Source: an uncultured Gemmatimonadales bacterium
GTDB lineage: Bacteria; Gemmatimonadota; Gemmatimonadetes; Gemmatimonadales; Gemmatimonadaceae
Direction of reading: 5' to 3'
Assembly: GCA_963850905.1 (NCBI GenBank)
Contig: CAWKMU010000004.1
Location: forward strand, 96,001-160,000
DNA: 64,000 bases
In this document: positions 10,332 to 20,596 of the stretch, one piece after another
How positions within the stretch are numbered: position 1 is the stretch's first letter
How the letters are laid out: every line of letters starts with the position of its first letter
Made by a program: the position numbers and the translations under genes
The notes under the pieces: model-generated
What the model saw: the letters and a program-made list of their open reading frames with translations, nothing else
Databases searched by the model: none
What the model was told of the DNA's origin: nothing

Positions 10332-10775
10332 ATGGAAGTCATCTTGCGCGCTGCAGTCGAAAACTTGGGCCACCCGGGCGACATCGTGAACGTCGCGCCA
10401 GGGTACGGGCGCAATTACTTGCTCCCGCGCGGCCTCGCGTATGCGGCAACGCCTGGCAACAAGAAGCGCATGGAACAGGAGCATCAGCGTCTCGAAGCAG
10501 CAGAGTCGTCGCGCCGGAGCACCGCCGCCCAGCTTGGTGAGCGCCTGGAACAGGTCTCCCTCACCTTCTCGGCACGCGTCGGCGACGAAGGAAAGCTCTT
10601 TGGCTCGGTGACAGCCGCGGACATCGTGCACCAACTCGAGAGCCAGGGCTTCAACGTCGAAAAGCGCCAGATCGATCTCCACGAGCCGATCCGCTCGCTT
10701 GGCGTGTATCGCGTTCCGATCCGCCTGCATGCCGACGTGAAACCCGAGATCAAAGTGTGGGTCATCAAAGCCTAG
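10332..10775 (+). CDS. rplI: 50S ribosomal protein L9
   Basis: MEVIL, GYGRNYLLPRG, GKLFGSVT. Confidence 0.97.
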   Translation: MEVILRAAVENLGHPGDIVNVAPGYGRNYLLPRGLAYAATPGNKKRMEQEHQRLEAAESSRRSTAAQLGERLEQVSLTFSARVGDEGKLFGSVTAADIVHQLESQGFNVEKRQIDLHEPIRSLGVYRVPIRLHADVKPEIKVWVIKA

Positions 10776-10836
10776 TAGCCGGACTCGTTCTTGCCGTTCG
10801 CAAGATCGCGCCGCGCCTGATTCTCACCCGAGTCGA

Positions 10837-11214
10837 ATGCCCCGACCTGTTGCGACAGTCAATGTAGCCGCAGTCGCCCATCGCGCGGCGACGCTGTGTG
10901 TGGATCGTAAGAGCAATGATGTCGTCATACTGAATTTGAAGCCGCTGACCGACATGACGGACTACTTTGTGATCGCGAGCGGCACCTCAGATACACATGT
11001 CAGAAGCGTGGCCGAGCACGTGGTGACCGAGCTCAAGAAAGAGGGCACACCCGTCTATCACATCGAGGGGCTCGCACAAGGTCGGTGGGTCCTGCTCGAT
11101 TATGTGGACTTCGTCGTGCATATCTTCCACCCAGCGCTGCGCTCGTTCTACCAGCTCGAACGCTTGTGGGGCGATGCAGAGGTGACGCCGGTCGGGACCG
11201 CGACGGTCGCTTAG
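10837..11214 (+). CDS. rsfS: Ribosome silencing factor
   Basis: DYFVIASGTS, WVLLDY, VVHIF, FYQLERLW. Confidence 0.95.
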   Translation: MPRPVATVNVAAVAHRAATLCVDRKSNDVVILNLKPLTDMTDYFVIASGTSDTHVRSVAEHVVTELKKEGTPVYHIEGLAQGRWVLLDYVDFVVHIFHPALRSFYQLERLWGDAEVTPVGTATVA

Positions 11215-11447
11215 ACGGTACGGAGCTTCCCCCGGCGCTGTACAACCTCGCCATCATGCGTTGGGACTGCGCCATCTCGATCGACGCCGGCCGACGAGGC
11301 ACTGGAGCCGGTCGTTCGGTCCGGAATTTTTGAATGTCGACGCACTGCGTGCCCCCGGCGGTCCGCGGTCTGCTTAGTCGTTGTCTACTTTCAACTTTCT
11401 GCCCTTCTACTCTCTCGGAGGCCAAGCCTCCGTGGTAGATTGAGCAC

Positions 11448-13001
11448 GTGTGGAGATCCGTCTGGCCCCTGGCCGTGCTCACGCTTGTCGCGTGCAACAG
11501 GGACCGTCCGTCGGCACATGCCACAAACCCACCGCCGGCCACGTCGACCGCGGGGCAGGCGCCACCGGCCACCGGCCCGGAAGCCCTCATCCTGCGCGTC
11601 CCGCGCACCGGGGGCATCGCGCATGCCTACGACTACGACCACCTCGACTCGGCCATTTGGACGTCGACGGACCGGGTGCCCACGATCGCGCGGGTGCTGG
11701 CGTTCGACGACAACGATGGGTCGGCCGTCGTCGTCGATGCGCGCGGCGCACCCCGCCGCATTGCGCTCCGAACCGGGGCGGTCAGTGACCCGCCTGATGT
11801 CAAGTTGACCGCCCTCCGCTCCGTGGACGGTGCGTCCGTCTACGGGGTGTCGCCGACCGGCGTGGTCACGCGTTTGACCCCGACGGACGTGCACCCGTGG
11901 ACGCTTCGACCACCCGAAGCCGCACGCGACGTCGCGCCGCAGCCCGACGGCAGCGTGCTGATCGTCGGCGACGGAACCGGCCCGGTCAAGCTGTGGCTCG
12001 TTCGGCCACCAGGGACCACGATGCTGGACAGCGCCTCCCTGCCCCATGCCTCACGCCTGGTGCGTACCGTCGTTGGTGATCGAGCCTACTTCGCGTCTGA
12101 TTCAGCCTTGCAGGCGGTCCGGACCCGGGACCTCCAACCATCCCAGCCGGTCCAGTTCGATCGGCGCCTGCGGGCCATTGCACCCACGCCGAGCGGGGAC
12201 CGTTTGTTCATTGGCCTCGATTCCGTGAGTGCGCTGCGCGTGATCGACCGGTATAGTGGCCAGGATAATGGGACCGTCCCCCTTCCGGGTCCGGCGAGCG
12301 AGTTGCGCATGGATTCGCTCGGCCGCTTCCTGCTGGTCCGACCCCTGCATGGCGGAGATTCGGCGTGGGTTGTCGCCGTTGGCACCGACCGAGTCGTCGG
12401 CCATGTTCGCACTGCGTGGACGGCGGACCTGCCGTTCGTAGGCGTCGATGGATCCATCGTGGTTGCCCAGGGCGCGGATGTGCTCCTCTTGGACCCGCAG
12501 TCTTTCGCTGTTCGTCGCACCGTCACGGATGGCGCGCATGATTTCTGGATCCCGGTACGCTGGAATGGGCTCCGACCACGGGCACCGGGTCTCGACCAGC
12601 CGGTGACGTTTCCCAACGCGCCCACTGACACCACCGACTCGATCCTGGCGGCGATCCGCCGGAGCCAACAGGACACCTCGGCCCATGCGGCCCCGGCGCC
12701 ATCGCCGACGACCTCGGTCCCGGTCGTCGACAGCGCCCAGGGACGACTCAACGCGCCGAGTGCTCCGCATACCGCAGGCTTCACCGTGCAGTTTGCCGCG
12801 CTGCTCAACGCGGATTCCGCGCGGCACCGGGCGGACCGCATCGTGTCCAACGGCCAGCACGCACGTGTCATCCCGACCTCGCGTGGTGCGACGACCGTTT
12901 ACGTGGTGGTGCTTGGCCCGTATCCTACGCGCGATGCTGCCGACGCGGCCGCGCGCGCCAGCCACCAGCCGAGTCCATGGGTGTACGAGGGGGCGCCGTG
13001 A
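11448..13001 (+). CDS. Lipoprotein with beta-propeller-like region and C-terminal SPOR domain
   Basis: Lipobox LVAC; beta-rich repeats; C-terminal FTVQFAA...YVVVLGPYPTRDAA. Confidence 0.75.
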   Translation: MWRSVWPLAVLTLVACNRDRPSAHATNPPPATSTAGQAPPATGPEALILRVPRTGGIAHAYDYDHLDSAIWTSTDRVPTIARVLAFDDNDGSAVVVDARGAPRRIALRTGAVSDPPDVKLTALRSVDGASVYGVSPTGVVTRLTPTDVHPWTLRPPEAARDVAPQPDGSVLIVGDGTGPVKLWLVRPPGTTMLDSASLPHASRLVRTVVGDRAYFASDSALQAVRTRDLQPSQPVQFDRRLRAIAPTPSGDRLFIGLDSVSALRVIDRYSGQDNGTVPLPGPASELRMDSLGRFLLVRPLHGGDSAWVVAVGTDRVVGHVRTAWTADLPFVGVDGSIVVAQGADVLLLDPQSFAVRRTVTDGAHDFWIPVRWNGLRPRAPGLDQPVTFPNAPTDTTDSILAAIRRSQQDTSAHAAPAPSPTTSVPVVDSAQGRLNAPSAPHTAGFTVQFAALLNADSARHRADRIVSNGQHARVIPTSRGATTVYVVVLGPYPTRDAADAAARASHQPSPWVYEGAP

Positions 13002-14269
13002 CACTGACTGGGACTGAAGACGCAGCCGCGGTGGCGGTCATTGGGCGTGATGCCGTAGCGACCGGCAGCGCGGCCCTCGAGTTGGCGCGCGCGGAAGCGC
13101 GCCACCGTGCGGTCACGATCGTTGACCTGATCGGCGATGCCCCTCCGCTCCGGCGGGTCGTGCAGTCGGATGACGATCACGGAGTTGCGGATTGCTTCAC
13201 ATATGGCATGTCGTTCGGCGCCGTCTCCCGCCCGACCACCGCCGATCCGCACGTGTCCGTCATCTCGTCGGGGAGTGAGCCCCTCGCCTACCCCGAGGCG
13301 TTGGGGAGCCGGCGGTGGGAACGCTTGATCGCGCAAACGCGCCAACGCGGTGACCTGGTCGTCTTCGCCGCGCTGGCGGGCACGCCCGGCCTCGACACGC
13401 TCATCTCGCGAATCGATTTCGTGATTCCCGAGGGTCTCGTCCTCCGGCCGCCGCCCATCGCGACCGTGACGTCCGCCCCAGCAGCCGACGTCCCGGCGCG
13501 CCCCCGTGCGCCGCGCGTGCTTGTGTCGCAGTCGCCTGGGTTGTCCCGGCGCCGCGTAGTTGGCATCACGGCGGCCCTGGCCGTGGTGCTCGTGGCAGCA
13601 GGCACGGCGTGGGCCGTGCGTCGGTCGACGGCGACGCCATCGCGCACAGTCGCAACGGCCGCCGCGAGCGACACGGACCGGAGGGACACTTTGACCTCAA
13701 CGGCGCAACTCGCCGAGCACCGCGCAGGCGATGTGCCGTCTGGGTTGGTCGGCGCGCTCGCCGATCCCGAGGACTCGGGCGTTGCGTCCGCCTTCGCGAT
13801 CCGGGTAGGCACATATCCCACTTACGAGGCCGCCCTTCGCGCACTGCGCCAGGAGATCAAACGCGGAGCGGCCACTGTTACGCCCCTCCCGCAACCCGCC
13901 GCGACGTCGCCCGCCGGCACGACGGGACAAACCTTCGCTCTCTATGTCGGGGCCGCATCAACCGCGGCGACACTGGACTCCGTGGCCCAGGCCTGGTCGC
14001 GGGCGGGCGGGTTTGTCGGGGGCACCGTGACGCACACGCCGTATGCCCTGCGCCTCACCGGCCGCATCTTGCCAGACTCCGCCCGTCGCGCGACCATCGC
14101 GTTTCGCCTGCGCGGCGTGCCCGCCTACGCGCTCGACGCCGCCGATGGTCGTGCCGCAGTCTATGCGGGCGCGTTCGTCTCCGCTGATCAGGCCGGGCCG
14201 CTTGCCACCTCCTTGCACAAAATCGGCCTCACACCAGTGCTAGCGTACCGCGTGGGCCAAGCGCCATAG
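12998..14269 (+). CDS. Membrane protein: degenerate MinD/CpsD-like N-domain, TM helix, SPOR-like C-domains
   Basis: GTGA overlap with the upstream gene; TM VVGITAALAVVLVAAGTAWAV; FAIRVGTY and VYAGAF SPOR-like segments. Confidence 0.6.
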   Translation: MTLTGTEDAAAVAVIGRDAVATGSAALELARAEARHRAVTIVDLIGDAPPLRRVVQSDDDHGVADCFTYGMSFGAVSRPTTADPHVSVISSGSEPLAYPEALGSRRWERLIAQTRQRGDLVVFAALAGTPGLDTLISRIDFVIPEGLVLRPPPIATVTSAPAADVPARPRAPRVLVSQSPGLSRRRVVGITAALAVVLVAAGTAWAVRRSTATPSRTVATAAASDTDRRDTLTSTAQLAEHRAGDVPSGLVGALADPEDSGVASAFAIRVGTYPTYEAALRALRQEIKRGAATVTPLPQPAATSPAGTTGQTFALYVGAASTAATLDSVAQAWSRAGGFVGGTVTHTPYALRLTGRILPDSARRATIAFRLRGVPAYALDAADGRAAVYAGAFVSADQAGPLATSLHKIGLTPVLAYRVGQAP

Positions 14270-14393
14270 TGGAGCGCAACCTGTCGACCCGGCCTGGGCG
14301 TGGTTCGCACACCGCTGGTAAACGTGGTTGCCGTCGTCTTCTCTCCCCCGTCCCCTTTTTCCTCTCTCGGGTGCGCAGCGCCCGGGGTCCCTC

Positions 14394-17300
14394 ATGCGCC
14401 TGACACGACTCGAACTGCACGGATTCAAGAGCTTCGCCGATTCGACCACGTTCGCATTCGAGCCCGGTGTGACGGCCATCGTCGGCCCGAACGGATGCGG
14501 GAAGTCCAACGTGTCCGACGCGGTCCGATGGGTGCTGGGCGAGCAGCGGGCCCGCCTCCTCCGCGGCGTGAAGATGGACGAGGTGATCTTCCAGGGGTCC
14601 TCTGCACGGCGTCCAGTCAGCGTTGCAGAGGTCTCGCTGCACTTCGACAACGACGACGGGATGCTGCCCATCGCGTACCGCGAGGTCGTGGTCACGCGCC
14701 GCTTGAGCCGATCCGGCGAAAGCGAGTATCTCCTCAACCGTGCGCCCTGCCGGCTGCGCGACATCCATGATCTCATGCGCGGCACGGGTCTCGGCGCCGA
14801 CGCTGGAGTCGTGATCGAGAGCCGGATGATCGATGCGCTGCTATCCGATCGGCCGGATGATCGCCGAGAGCTGTTCGAGGAAGCCGCGAGCATCGGTCTC
14901 TATCGGGACCGCCGCCGGACGACGGAGCGGCGCCTCGAGGAAACGTCCATCGACCTGGCCCGTCTCGATGATCTCGTCGCCGAAGTGCAGACGCAGGTCC
15001 GGTCGCTCGCACGGCAACGCCGCCGGGCCGAGCGTTACAGCGAGCTCACGGCTCGGCGCTTCGCCGTCGAAGTCACGCTGGCCGCCCGGGAGCTGGAAGC
15101 AGCAGAGGTCGAGACCGCGGGACTGGATCGTGGGACAGAGGATCTGAGGCAGCGCGTGCCGCAAAGCGAGGCAGCGGCACTCGCGGCCGAGCAACAACGC
15201 GACGCGGCCCATCGGGATCGAGCGGCCGCCGAGGCGATGCGAACGGAGCTTGCCCGCCTCGTAGCAGCCCAGCACCAGCAGGCGTCCGCGCTGCAGGGTG
15301 AGATCGCCGTGGCCGAGGAGCGTCAGCGCAACGCCCAGTCACGCCGGCAACGTGCGGAGGACGAACGACGCGCCGGCGAAGCGGTCGGGACGCGCGTGTT
15401 CGCCGAACGGGAAACTGCGGCCATCGAGCGGCGGGAGGCCGAAGGGACGGTGACGGCCGTCAGCGCGACGTTGGCCGGCCGCGTCGATGATGAGGACGCG
15501 GCCCGGCACAGCGTTACGACGACTCGTCGGGCCGCCGATGACTACGAGCAACTCGCGCGGGAGCTGCGCGATGCGGTCGCTCATCTGGATATCGAACGCG
15601 CGGCTGCGCAGCGAGAGCAGCGAGATCTGCTCGAGCGGCTGGACGCCCTGGCGACGGAGCGCGCAGCACTCGCCGACCGCGAGGCCCGCGCAGACCGTGA
15701 CGGGCAGGAGGCTGCGCGAGAGCAATCGGTCGCGAACGAAGCGTTCGCCGCAGCACAGTCGCAAGCCATCGCCCGGCGCGCCGATGCAGTCAGCGCGCGC
15801 GCGAACGAAGCGGACGCCTATCGCACGTTCGCCCGTGCCGAGGCCAGTCTCGCGGAAGTCGACGGCAAGGTGAGTGCCCTCGAACGGCTCGAGCGGGACC
15901 GCGTGGGCCTCGCGCCCGCTGCCGCAAAGCTCTTGGCGGCGCGCGGTCGGTTTGGCCCCGACGCGGTACTCGGACCGCTGAGCGACTTCTTGACCGCCGG
16001 CACCTCCGATGCCGCCGTCGTCGAGCGCTACCTGGGAGCGACGGTGCACGCCATCGTGGTCCGAGATCGAGCCGCAGCGGCCGCCATCCGCGCCTGGCAT
16101 GCCACGGAGAATCCGGGTCCCTTGTGTCTGTTGCCGCTTGACGCGGTCGCGAATGCCGCGGTGGAAGGCCGCAGAGCCGATGCCGTCGCAGCCAGTGACT
16201 CTTCGGTCACAGATCGAGAAGCTCGCTCGCTCGCCGAGCGCGTGACGCCGGCGGACTCGGTCCGCAACTGGGTCAACTCGCTGCTCGGACGTGTGCGCGA
16301 TCTCGGCGACGGGATTGCGTTCGAGGACGCACAGGGCGCGATGTGGCTGCCGGGGGACCCGACCGGGCATGGCCCGCTCCGCCGTCGAGCCGAGCTCGCG
16401 GCGCTGCGCTCGGCGCGCTCGGCCGGTGCCGCTGCGAGAGAAGCCGCGGCGGATGCGGCGTCGCGAGCCCATGCCGCGTTGGCGGCGGCTGAGGCCCACG
16501 CGGCCAGCGCCGAAGAGGCAGCCGCCAGCGCTGACCAGCAGGCGCGGCGCGCACGGGAACACGGCGCCGAGTGCACGCGTGAGCTGGAACGCGTGCGTCG
16601 GGAGATTGCCCAGGCGGAAGAGTTGTGGGCGCAGCTCGCCGCGCGAGGCGAAGCAATGGAGGCTCGCGTGACCACGCTCGCCGAGCAACGGACCGTGTCC
16701 GAGGCCAGGCTCGCCGAGGCGCGTACCGGGGCGCTCGAGGCGCGCACGGCGCTGGCTGATGCCGAGCGCCGCTACGAAGGGTCGCGTGAGGCGCGCACTG
16801 CAGCGCAGGTCGATCTCGCCCAGGCCGAAGCTCGATCGCAGGTCGCGGTCGACCGTGACACACGTCTGGCTGACGAGTGCGCGAGCGCGACCGACCGACT
16901 GGAGGCCCTGCGCACCGAGTTGCGATCCCTGTCGACCGCGGATGGCGAGCTGGCCCAGCAGATGGCCAACTGGCGCGTCGACTTGGCCGCACGCCACGCC
17001 GCGCTCGCGGATGCAGAGGCGCGCCTCGCCGACGCCGAAGCAGCCGTTCGCGATGCCGATACGCGACTCATGGCCGCCGATCAGGCGCTGGACAGCGCGC
17101 GCCATGAAGGTGCCGCACTCGCCGCCGAGTTGCATCGGCTGGAGCTCCGCCGCAGTGACATTGCCGGCCGACGCCACGCAACTCGTGAGCGGCTCGAAGC
17201 GGAGTGGCGGCGCCCGTGGGAGACGCTTGTGGCCTCGTGCGCACTGCTCGACACCGACAGCGACACACTCCGCCCGGAGGCGACGGCGCTGCAGGAGGAG

Positions 17301-17972
17301 ATCACGGCGCTCGGCCCAGTCAACGCACTAGCAATCGAAGAGCACGACGAAGAGGTCCGGCGGCTCGAGTTCCTGACTACGCAACGCGCCGACCTGGCGG
17401 CGGGCAAGGCATCGCTGCAGCAGGCAATCCGCGAGATTGACTCGACAGCCCGGGAGCTCTTCCTCGACACGTTCGAGCTCATCCGTGAGAATTTCCGACG
17501 GATCTTCTTTACGCTCTTTGGCGGCGGCGAATGCGACTTGCGTCTAGAGAACCCCGATGCGCCGCTGGAGTGCGACATCGAGATTCACGCCTCGCCACGT
17601 GGCAAGCGGACCCAGCGCATCCACCTACTCTCGAGCGGCGAGCGAGCCCTGGTGGCGCTGTCGCTGTTGTTCGGGATTTTCCTCACCAAGCCGAGCCCGT
17701 TCTGCCTCCTCGATGAGGTGGACGCCCCGCTCGACGATCAAAACATCGGTCGATTTGTCAGGATGCTGAATGAGTTCAAGGCACGGACCCAGTTCATCAT
17801 TATCACGCACAACCCGCGGACCACGACCGAAGCCGCGGACGCGGTCTACGGTGTAACCATGCAAGAGCCCGGCGTTTCGGCGGTGGTCAGCGTCCGACTC
17901 CCTCGGTCCGAAACCGCGGTAGGCACAAGCGAACGGAACGGCGCGGCTGAGCCCGCGTTGCAGGAGGTCTAG
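14394..17972 (+). CDS. smc: Chromosome segregation protein SMC
   Basis: GFKSF, GPNGCGKSN, coiled coils, hinge region, LSSGE signature, LDEVDAPLD, IIITH. Confidence 0.96.
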   Translation: MRLTRLELHGFKSFADSTTFAFEPGVTAIVGPNGCGKSNVSDAVRWVLGEQRARLLRGVKMDEVIFQGSSARRPVSVAEVSLHFDNDDGMLPIAYREVVVTRRLSRSGESEYLLNRAPCRLRDIHDLMRGTGLGADAGVVIESRMIDALLSDRPDDRRELFEEAASIGLYRDRRRTTERRLEETSIDLARLDDLVAEVQTQVRSLARQRRRAERYSELTARRFAVEVTLAARELEAAEVETAGLDRGTEDLRQRVPQSEAAALAAEQQRDAAHRDRAAAEAMRTELARLVAAQHQQASALQGEIAVAEERQRNAQSRRQRAEDERRAGEAVGTRVFAERETAAIERREAEGTVTAVSATLAGRVDDEDAARHSVTTTRRAADDYEQLARELRDAVAHLDIERAAAQREQRDLLERLDALATERAALADREARADRDGQEAAREQSVANEAFAAAQSQAIARRADAVSARANEADAYRTFARAEASLAEVDGKVSALERLERDRVGLAPAAAKLLAARGRFGPDAVLGPLSDFLTAGTSDAAVVERYLGATVHAIVVRDRAAAAAIRAWHATENPGPLCLLPLDAVANAAVEGRRADAVAASDSSVTDREARSLAERVTPADSVRNWVNSLLGRVRDLGDGIAFEDAQGAMWLPGDPTGHGPLRRRAELAALRSARSAGAAAREAAADAASRAHAALAAAEAHAASAEEAAASADQQARRAREHGAECTRELERVRREIAQAEELWAQLAARGEAMEARVTTLAEQRTVSEARLAEARTGALEARTALADAERRYEGSREARTAAQVDLAQAEARSQVAVDRDTRLADECASATDRLEALRTELRSLSTADGELAQQMANWRVDLAARHAALADAEARLADAEAAVRDADTRLMAADQALDSARHEGAALAAELHRLELRRSDIAGRRHATRERLEAEWRRPWETLVASCALLDTDSDTLRPEATALQEEITALGPVNALAIEEHDEEVRRLEFLTTQRADLAAGKASLQQAIREIDSTARELFLDTFELIRENFRRIFFTLFGGGECDLRLENPDAPLECDIEIHASPRGKRTQRIHLLSSGERALVALSLLFGIFLTKPSPFCLLDEVDAPLDDQNIGRFVRMLNEFKARTQFIIITHNPRTTTEAADAVYGVTMQEPGVSAVVSVRLPRSETAVGTSERNGAAEPALQEV

Positions 17973-19033
17973 TGCTCGTCGTCATGCGGCACGGTGCCGC
18001 TCAGGAAGAAATCGATCGGGTCGTGCGCACCATCCGGGAGATGGGATACGAGGCGTGTCCCATGCCGGGGGCCCAGCGAACGGCGGTCGGCCTCGTCGGC
18101 AACGATGGCCGTGTCGATTCGTCGCGCATCGAGGCCCTGCCTGGTGTCGCGCAGGTCATCCACGTTACCCAGCCGTACAAGCAGGTCTCTCGGGAGTGGC
18201 GACCGGAAAACACCCTCGTGACCATCGCGCCCGGTGTGACGGTCGGCGGTGACGACGTCGTGCTCATCGCGGGGCCCTGCTCGGTCGAGAGTGAAGAACA
18301 GATCGTGGCCGCCGCACGGGCAGTCCGCGCCGCCGGTGCCGCGGCGCTGCGCGGCGGTGCGTTCAAGCCGCGGACATCACCGTACTCGTTCCAGGGGCTT
18401 GGGGTTCGCGGCCTCGAGTTGCTCGCCCTGGCCCGTCGTGAGACCGGGCTCGCCGTCGTCACGGAAGCGATGGACGAAGCCGGAGCGAATCTCGTGGCGG
18501 AGTACGCCGACTGCATTCAGATCGGCGCCCGCAACATGCAGAACTACTCCCTGCTGCGCGCCGTCGGCCGCATGCGGAAACCGGTGCTGCTCAAGCGCGG
18601 GATGGCCGCGACGGTCGGGGACTTGCTGCTCGCCGCCGAATATGTGCTTGCCGAAGGCAACTCACAGGTGATTCTGTGCGAGCGCGGCGTTCGCAGCTTC
18701 GACCCTGCCGTGCGAAACATGTTCGATTTGACCGCAATCCCGATCGTTCACAAACTCTCGCATCTCCCCATCATCGCCGACCCGAGCCATGGCACCGGCC
18801 TCCGTGACCATGTGACGCCAATGGCGCGCGCCGCGGTCGCTGCGGGCGCAGATGGGCTGCTGATCGAAGTGCATCCGGAACCCGATCGTGCCCTCTCCGA
18901 TGGCGCCCAGTCGTTGTATCCCGAACAGTTCACGGAGCTCGTCGGCGAGTTGCGCCCCATTCTCGCAGCGATCGGGCGCGGACTCGTCGCTGCGCCTCGT
19001 CGCGCCGGGACCGCGGTCGCCGTTGCCGGGTAG
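17972..19033 (+). CDS. aroF: DAHP synthase type I-beta with N-terminal regulatory domain
   Basis: IAGPCSVES, GGAFKPRTSPYSFQG, QIGARNMQN, DPSHGTG, SDGAQSL. Confidence 0.95.
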   Translation: MLVVMRHGAAQEEIDRVVRTIREMGYEACPMPGAQRTAVGLVGNDGRVDSSRIEALPGVAQVIHVTQPYKQVSREWRPENTLVTIAPGVTVGGDDVVLIAGPCSVESEEQIVAAARAVRAAGAAALRGGAFKPRTSPYSFQGLGVRGLELLALARRETGLAVVTEAMDEAGANLVAEYADCIQIGARNMQNYSLLRAVGRMRKPVLLKRGMAATVGDLLLAAEYVLAEGNSQVILCERGVRSFDPAVRNMFDLTAIPIVHKLSHLPIIADPSHGTGLRDHVTPMARAAVAAGADGLLIEVHPEPDRALSDGAQSLYPEQFTELVGELRPILAAIGRGLVAAPRRAGTAVAVAG

Positions 19034-19040
19034 AGGGTCT

Positions 19041-19757
19041 ATGGCATTGCATTGGAGCAGAATCGCCGCCGCCGCGCTCGTCGGCGCGTTGATCGTCCCC
19101 GCCCGCTCGATACTCGCCCAGTCGAATAGCACGGCCGCCGCACTCAATCACGCTTCCGAGGTGTATTCGCACGTGACCACGGCGCGCGGCAGCTTCGAGA
19201 TGACCATCGAGAACCCGCTGACGGGCCGTTCTGACACTTCGCGAGCCAATTTCCAGCAGGAGCGCCCGTCGCGCTTGGACATCCGGTTCACAAACCCGGC
19301 GGGCGATCGGATCGTGGCGGACGGGAAGTGGGTTTGGGCCTACCTCCCGAGCGCGACCCCCGACCAGGTCGTACGAATGCCGGTCGGCGACGGACACAGT
19401 ACGCCGGCTGGCGGCGCGGTGAGTCTCGACTTCATTAGCCAATTCCTGACGGACCCCGCAGCACGCTTCACGGTAACGGGCGCCGGCTCGGACACGCTCA
19501 ATGGACACTGGACGACCATCGCGGTCCTCGTGCCGCATGATCCCGAAGATCAGATTGCGCGCGCGAAGCTGTGGATCGACAACGGTGACGGGATCGTTCG
19601 GCGTTTCGAGTGGACTGACGCGAGCAGCACCGTCCGGCAGGTGCGGGTGCTCACGGAATCATTCAACGTGCCGGTCGAACAGTCCGCCTTTACGTTCAAG
19701 CCGCCGCACGGCGTGAAGGTCGTCGATCAATCGGCGTTGGTTAACGGCACGGATTGA
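19041..19757 (+). CDS. lolA: Outer-membrane lipoprotein carrier LolA family protein
   Basis: Signal peptide; RP, IVADGKWVWAYLP, FTFKPP-GVKVVD. Confidence 0.8.
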   Translation: MALHWSRIAAAALVGALIVPARSILAQSNSTAAALNHASEVYSHVTTARGSFEMTIENPLTGRSDTSRANFQQERPSRLDIRFTNPAGDRIVADGKWVWAYLPSATPDQVVRMPVGDGHSTPAGGAVSLDFISQFLTDPAARFTVTGAGSDTLNGHWTTIAVLVPHDPEDQIARAKLWIDNGDGIVRRFEWTDASSTVRQVRVLTESFNVPVEQSAFTFKPPHGVKVVDQSALVNGTD

Positions 19758-20596
19758 GCGGCAAGCAGGTCGACGATCCGCAACAGGTCCGCTCGATCGG
19801 TGCCCTGCGCCGCGGCCATCGGGATCGCAGCCAGCGAGAGCGCGCGGTAGACGGCGTCCAGCTCGGGCGACGCGGCGAGCACGGCGAGATGGCTCGCCAC
19901 CGTGTCCACATCGCCGCGCGTGATCGGGCCTGTGAGGGCGACATCAGGCTCGGCTTCCGCCAGATTCGTCACCGCGGCGCGCATGAGATGCCGCACCGCT
20001 GCACGCGCGCTCGCCTCATCGACCCCGACGGTGTGCATGAGCGAGGCGGCGAGCCCCGCCAGCACGGTCGGGAAGTTCGACGCCATCACGGCGGCCGCAT
20101 GATACGCCGCCCGGCCGTAGCTGGGAATCGCGAGCAAGCGCGCGCCCGCGGCGGCCGCAAGCAGCGTGGCGGCGCGCACCGCTTCCTGATCGCCGTCCAC
20201 ACCGACCCACGCGCCCCGCATGAGCGCCGGTGCGCGGTCCGGTCGCGGAATGGGCACGAGCGGGTGAAACGTGCCGACCGGGTGGCCGAGCTCGCGCAGG
20301 CGCCGGATGGCCTGCACCGGGTACGCGCTGCCGCTGGCGTGCAGCACCACCGTCCCCGGCGCCAGGCCAGCTGCCTCGAGCTCCGTTAGCGCCGCCGCGA
20401 GTTGGCTGTCCTGCACTGTGACGAGGACGACCGACGCCTGTGAAATGGTCGCCGGAATTGGCCCGGTCGACACGGCAAATGGATCGTCCGGCGATTGATG
20501 GCGGCCATGCACCCCGACCAGGGTGACGCCACTCTCGAGGAACGCACGCGCCAACCCACGCCCGGCGCGGCCAGCGCCCAGGATGAAGAGCGTCAG
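19727..20596 (-). CDS. Rossmann-fold plus DUF2520 oxidoreductase-like protein (start uncertain)
   Basis: LFILGAGRAG lies upstream of the listed start; LHASG, FHPL, YHAAAVMASNF, LTGPITRGD. Confidence 0.85.
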   Translation of the reverse strand: MTLFILGAGRAGRGLARAFLESGVTLVGVHGRHQSPDDPFAVSTGPIPATISQASVVLVTVQDSQLAAALTELEAAGLAPGTVVLHASGSAYPVQAIRRLRELGHPVGTFHPLVPIPRPDRAPALMRGAWVGVDGDQEAVRAATLLAAAAGARLLAIPSYGRAAYHAAAVMASNFPTVLAGLAASLMHTVGVDEASARAAVRHLMRAAVTNLAEAEPDVALTGPITRGDVDTVASHLAVLAASPELDAVYRALSLAAIPMAAAQGTDRADLLRIVDLLAAQSVPLTNAD

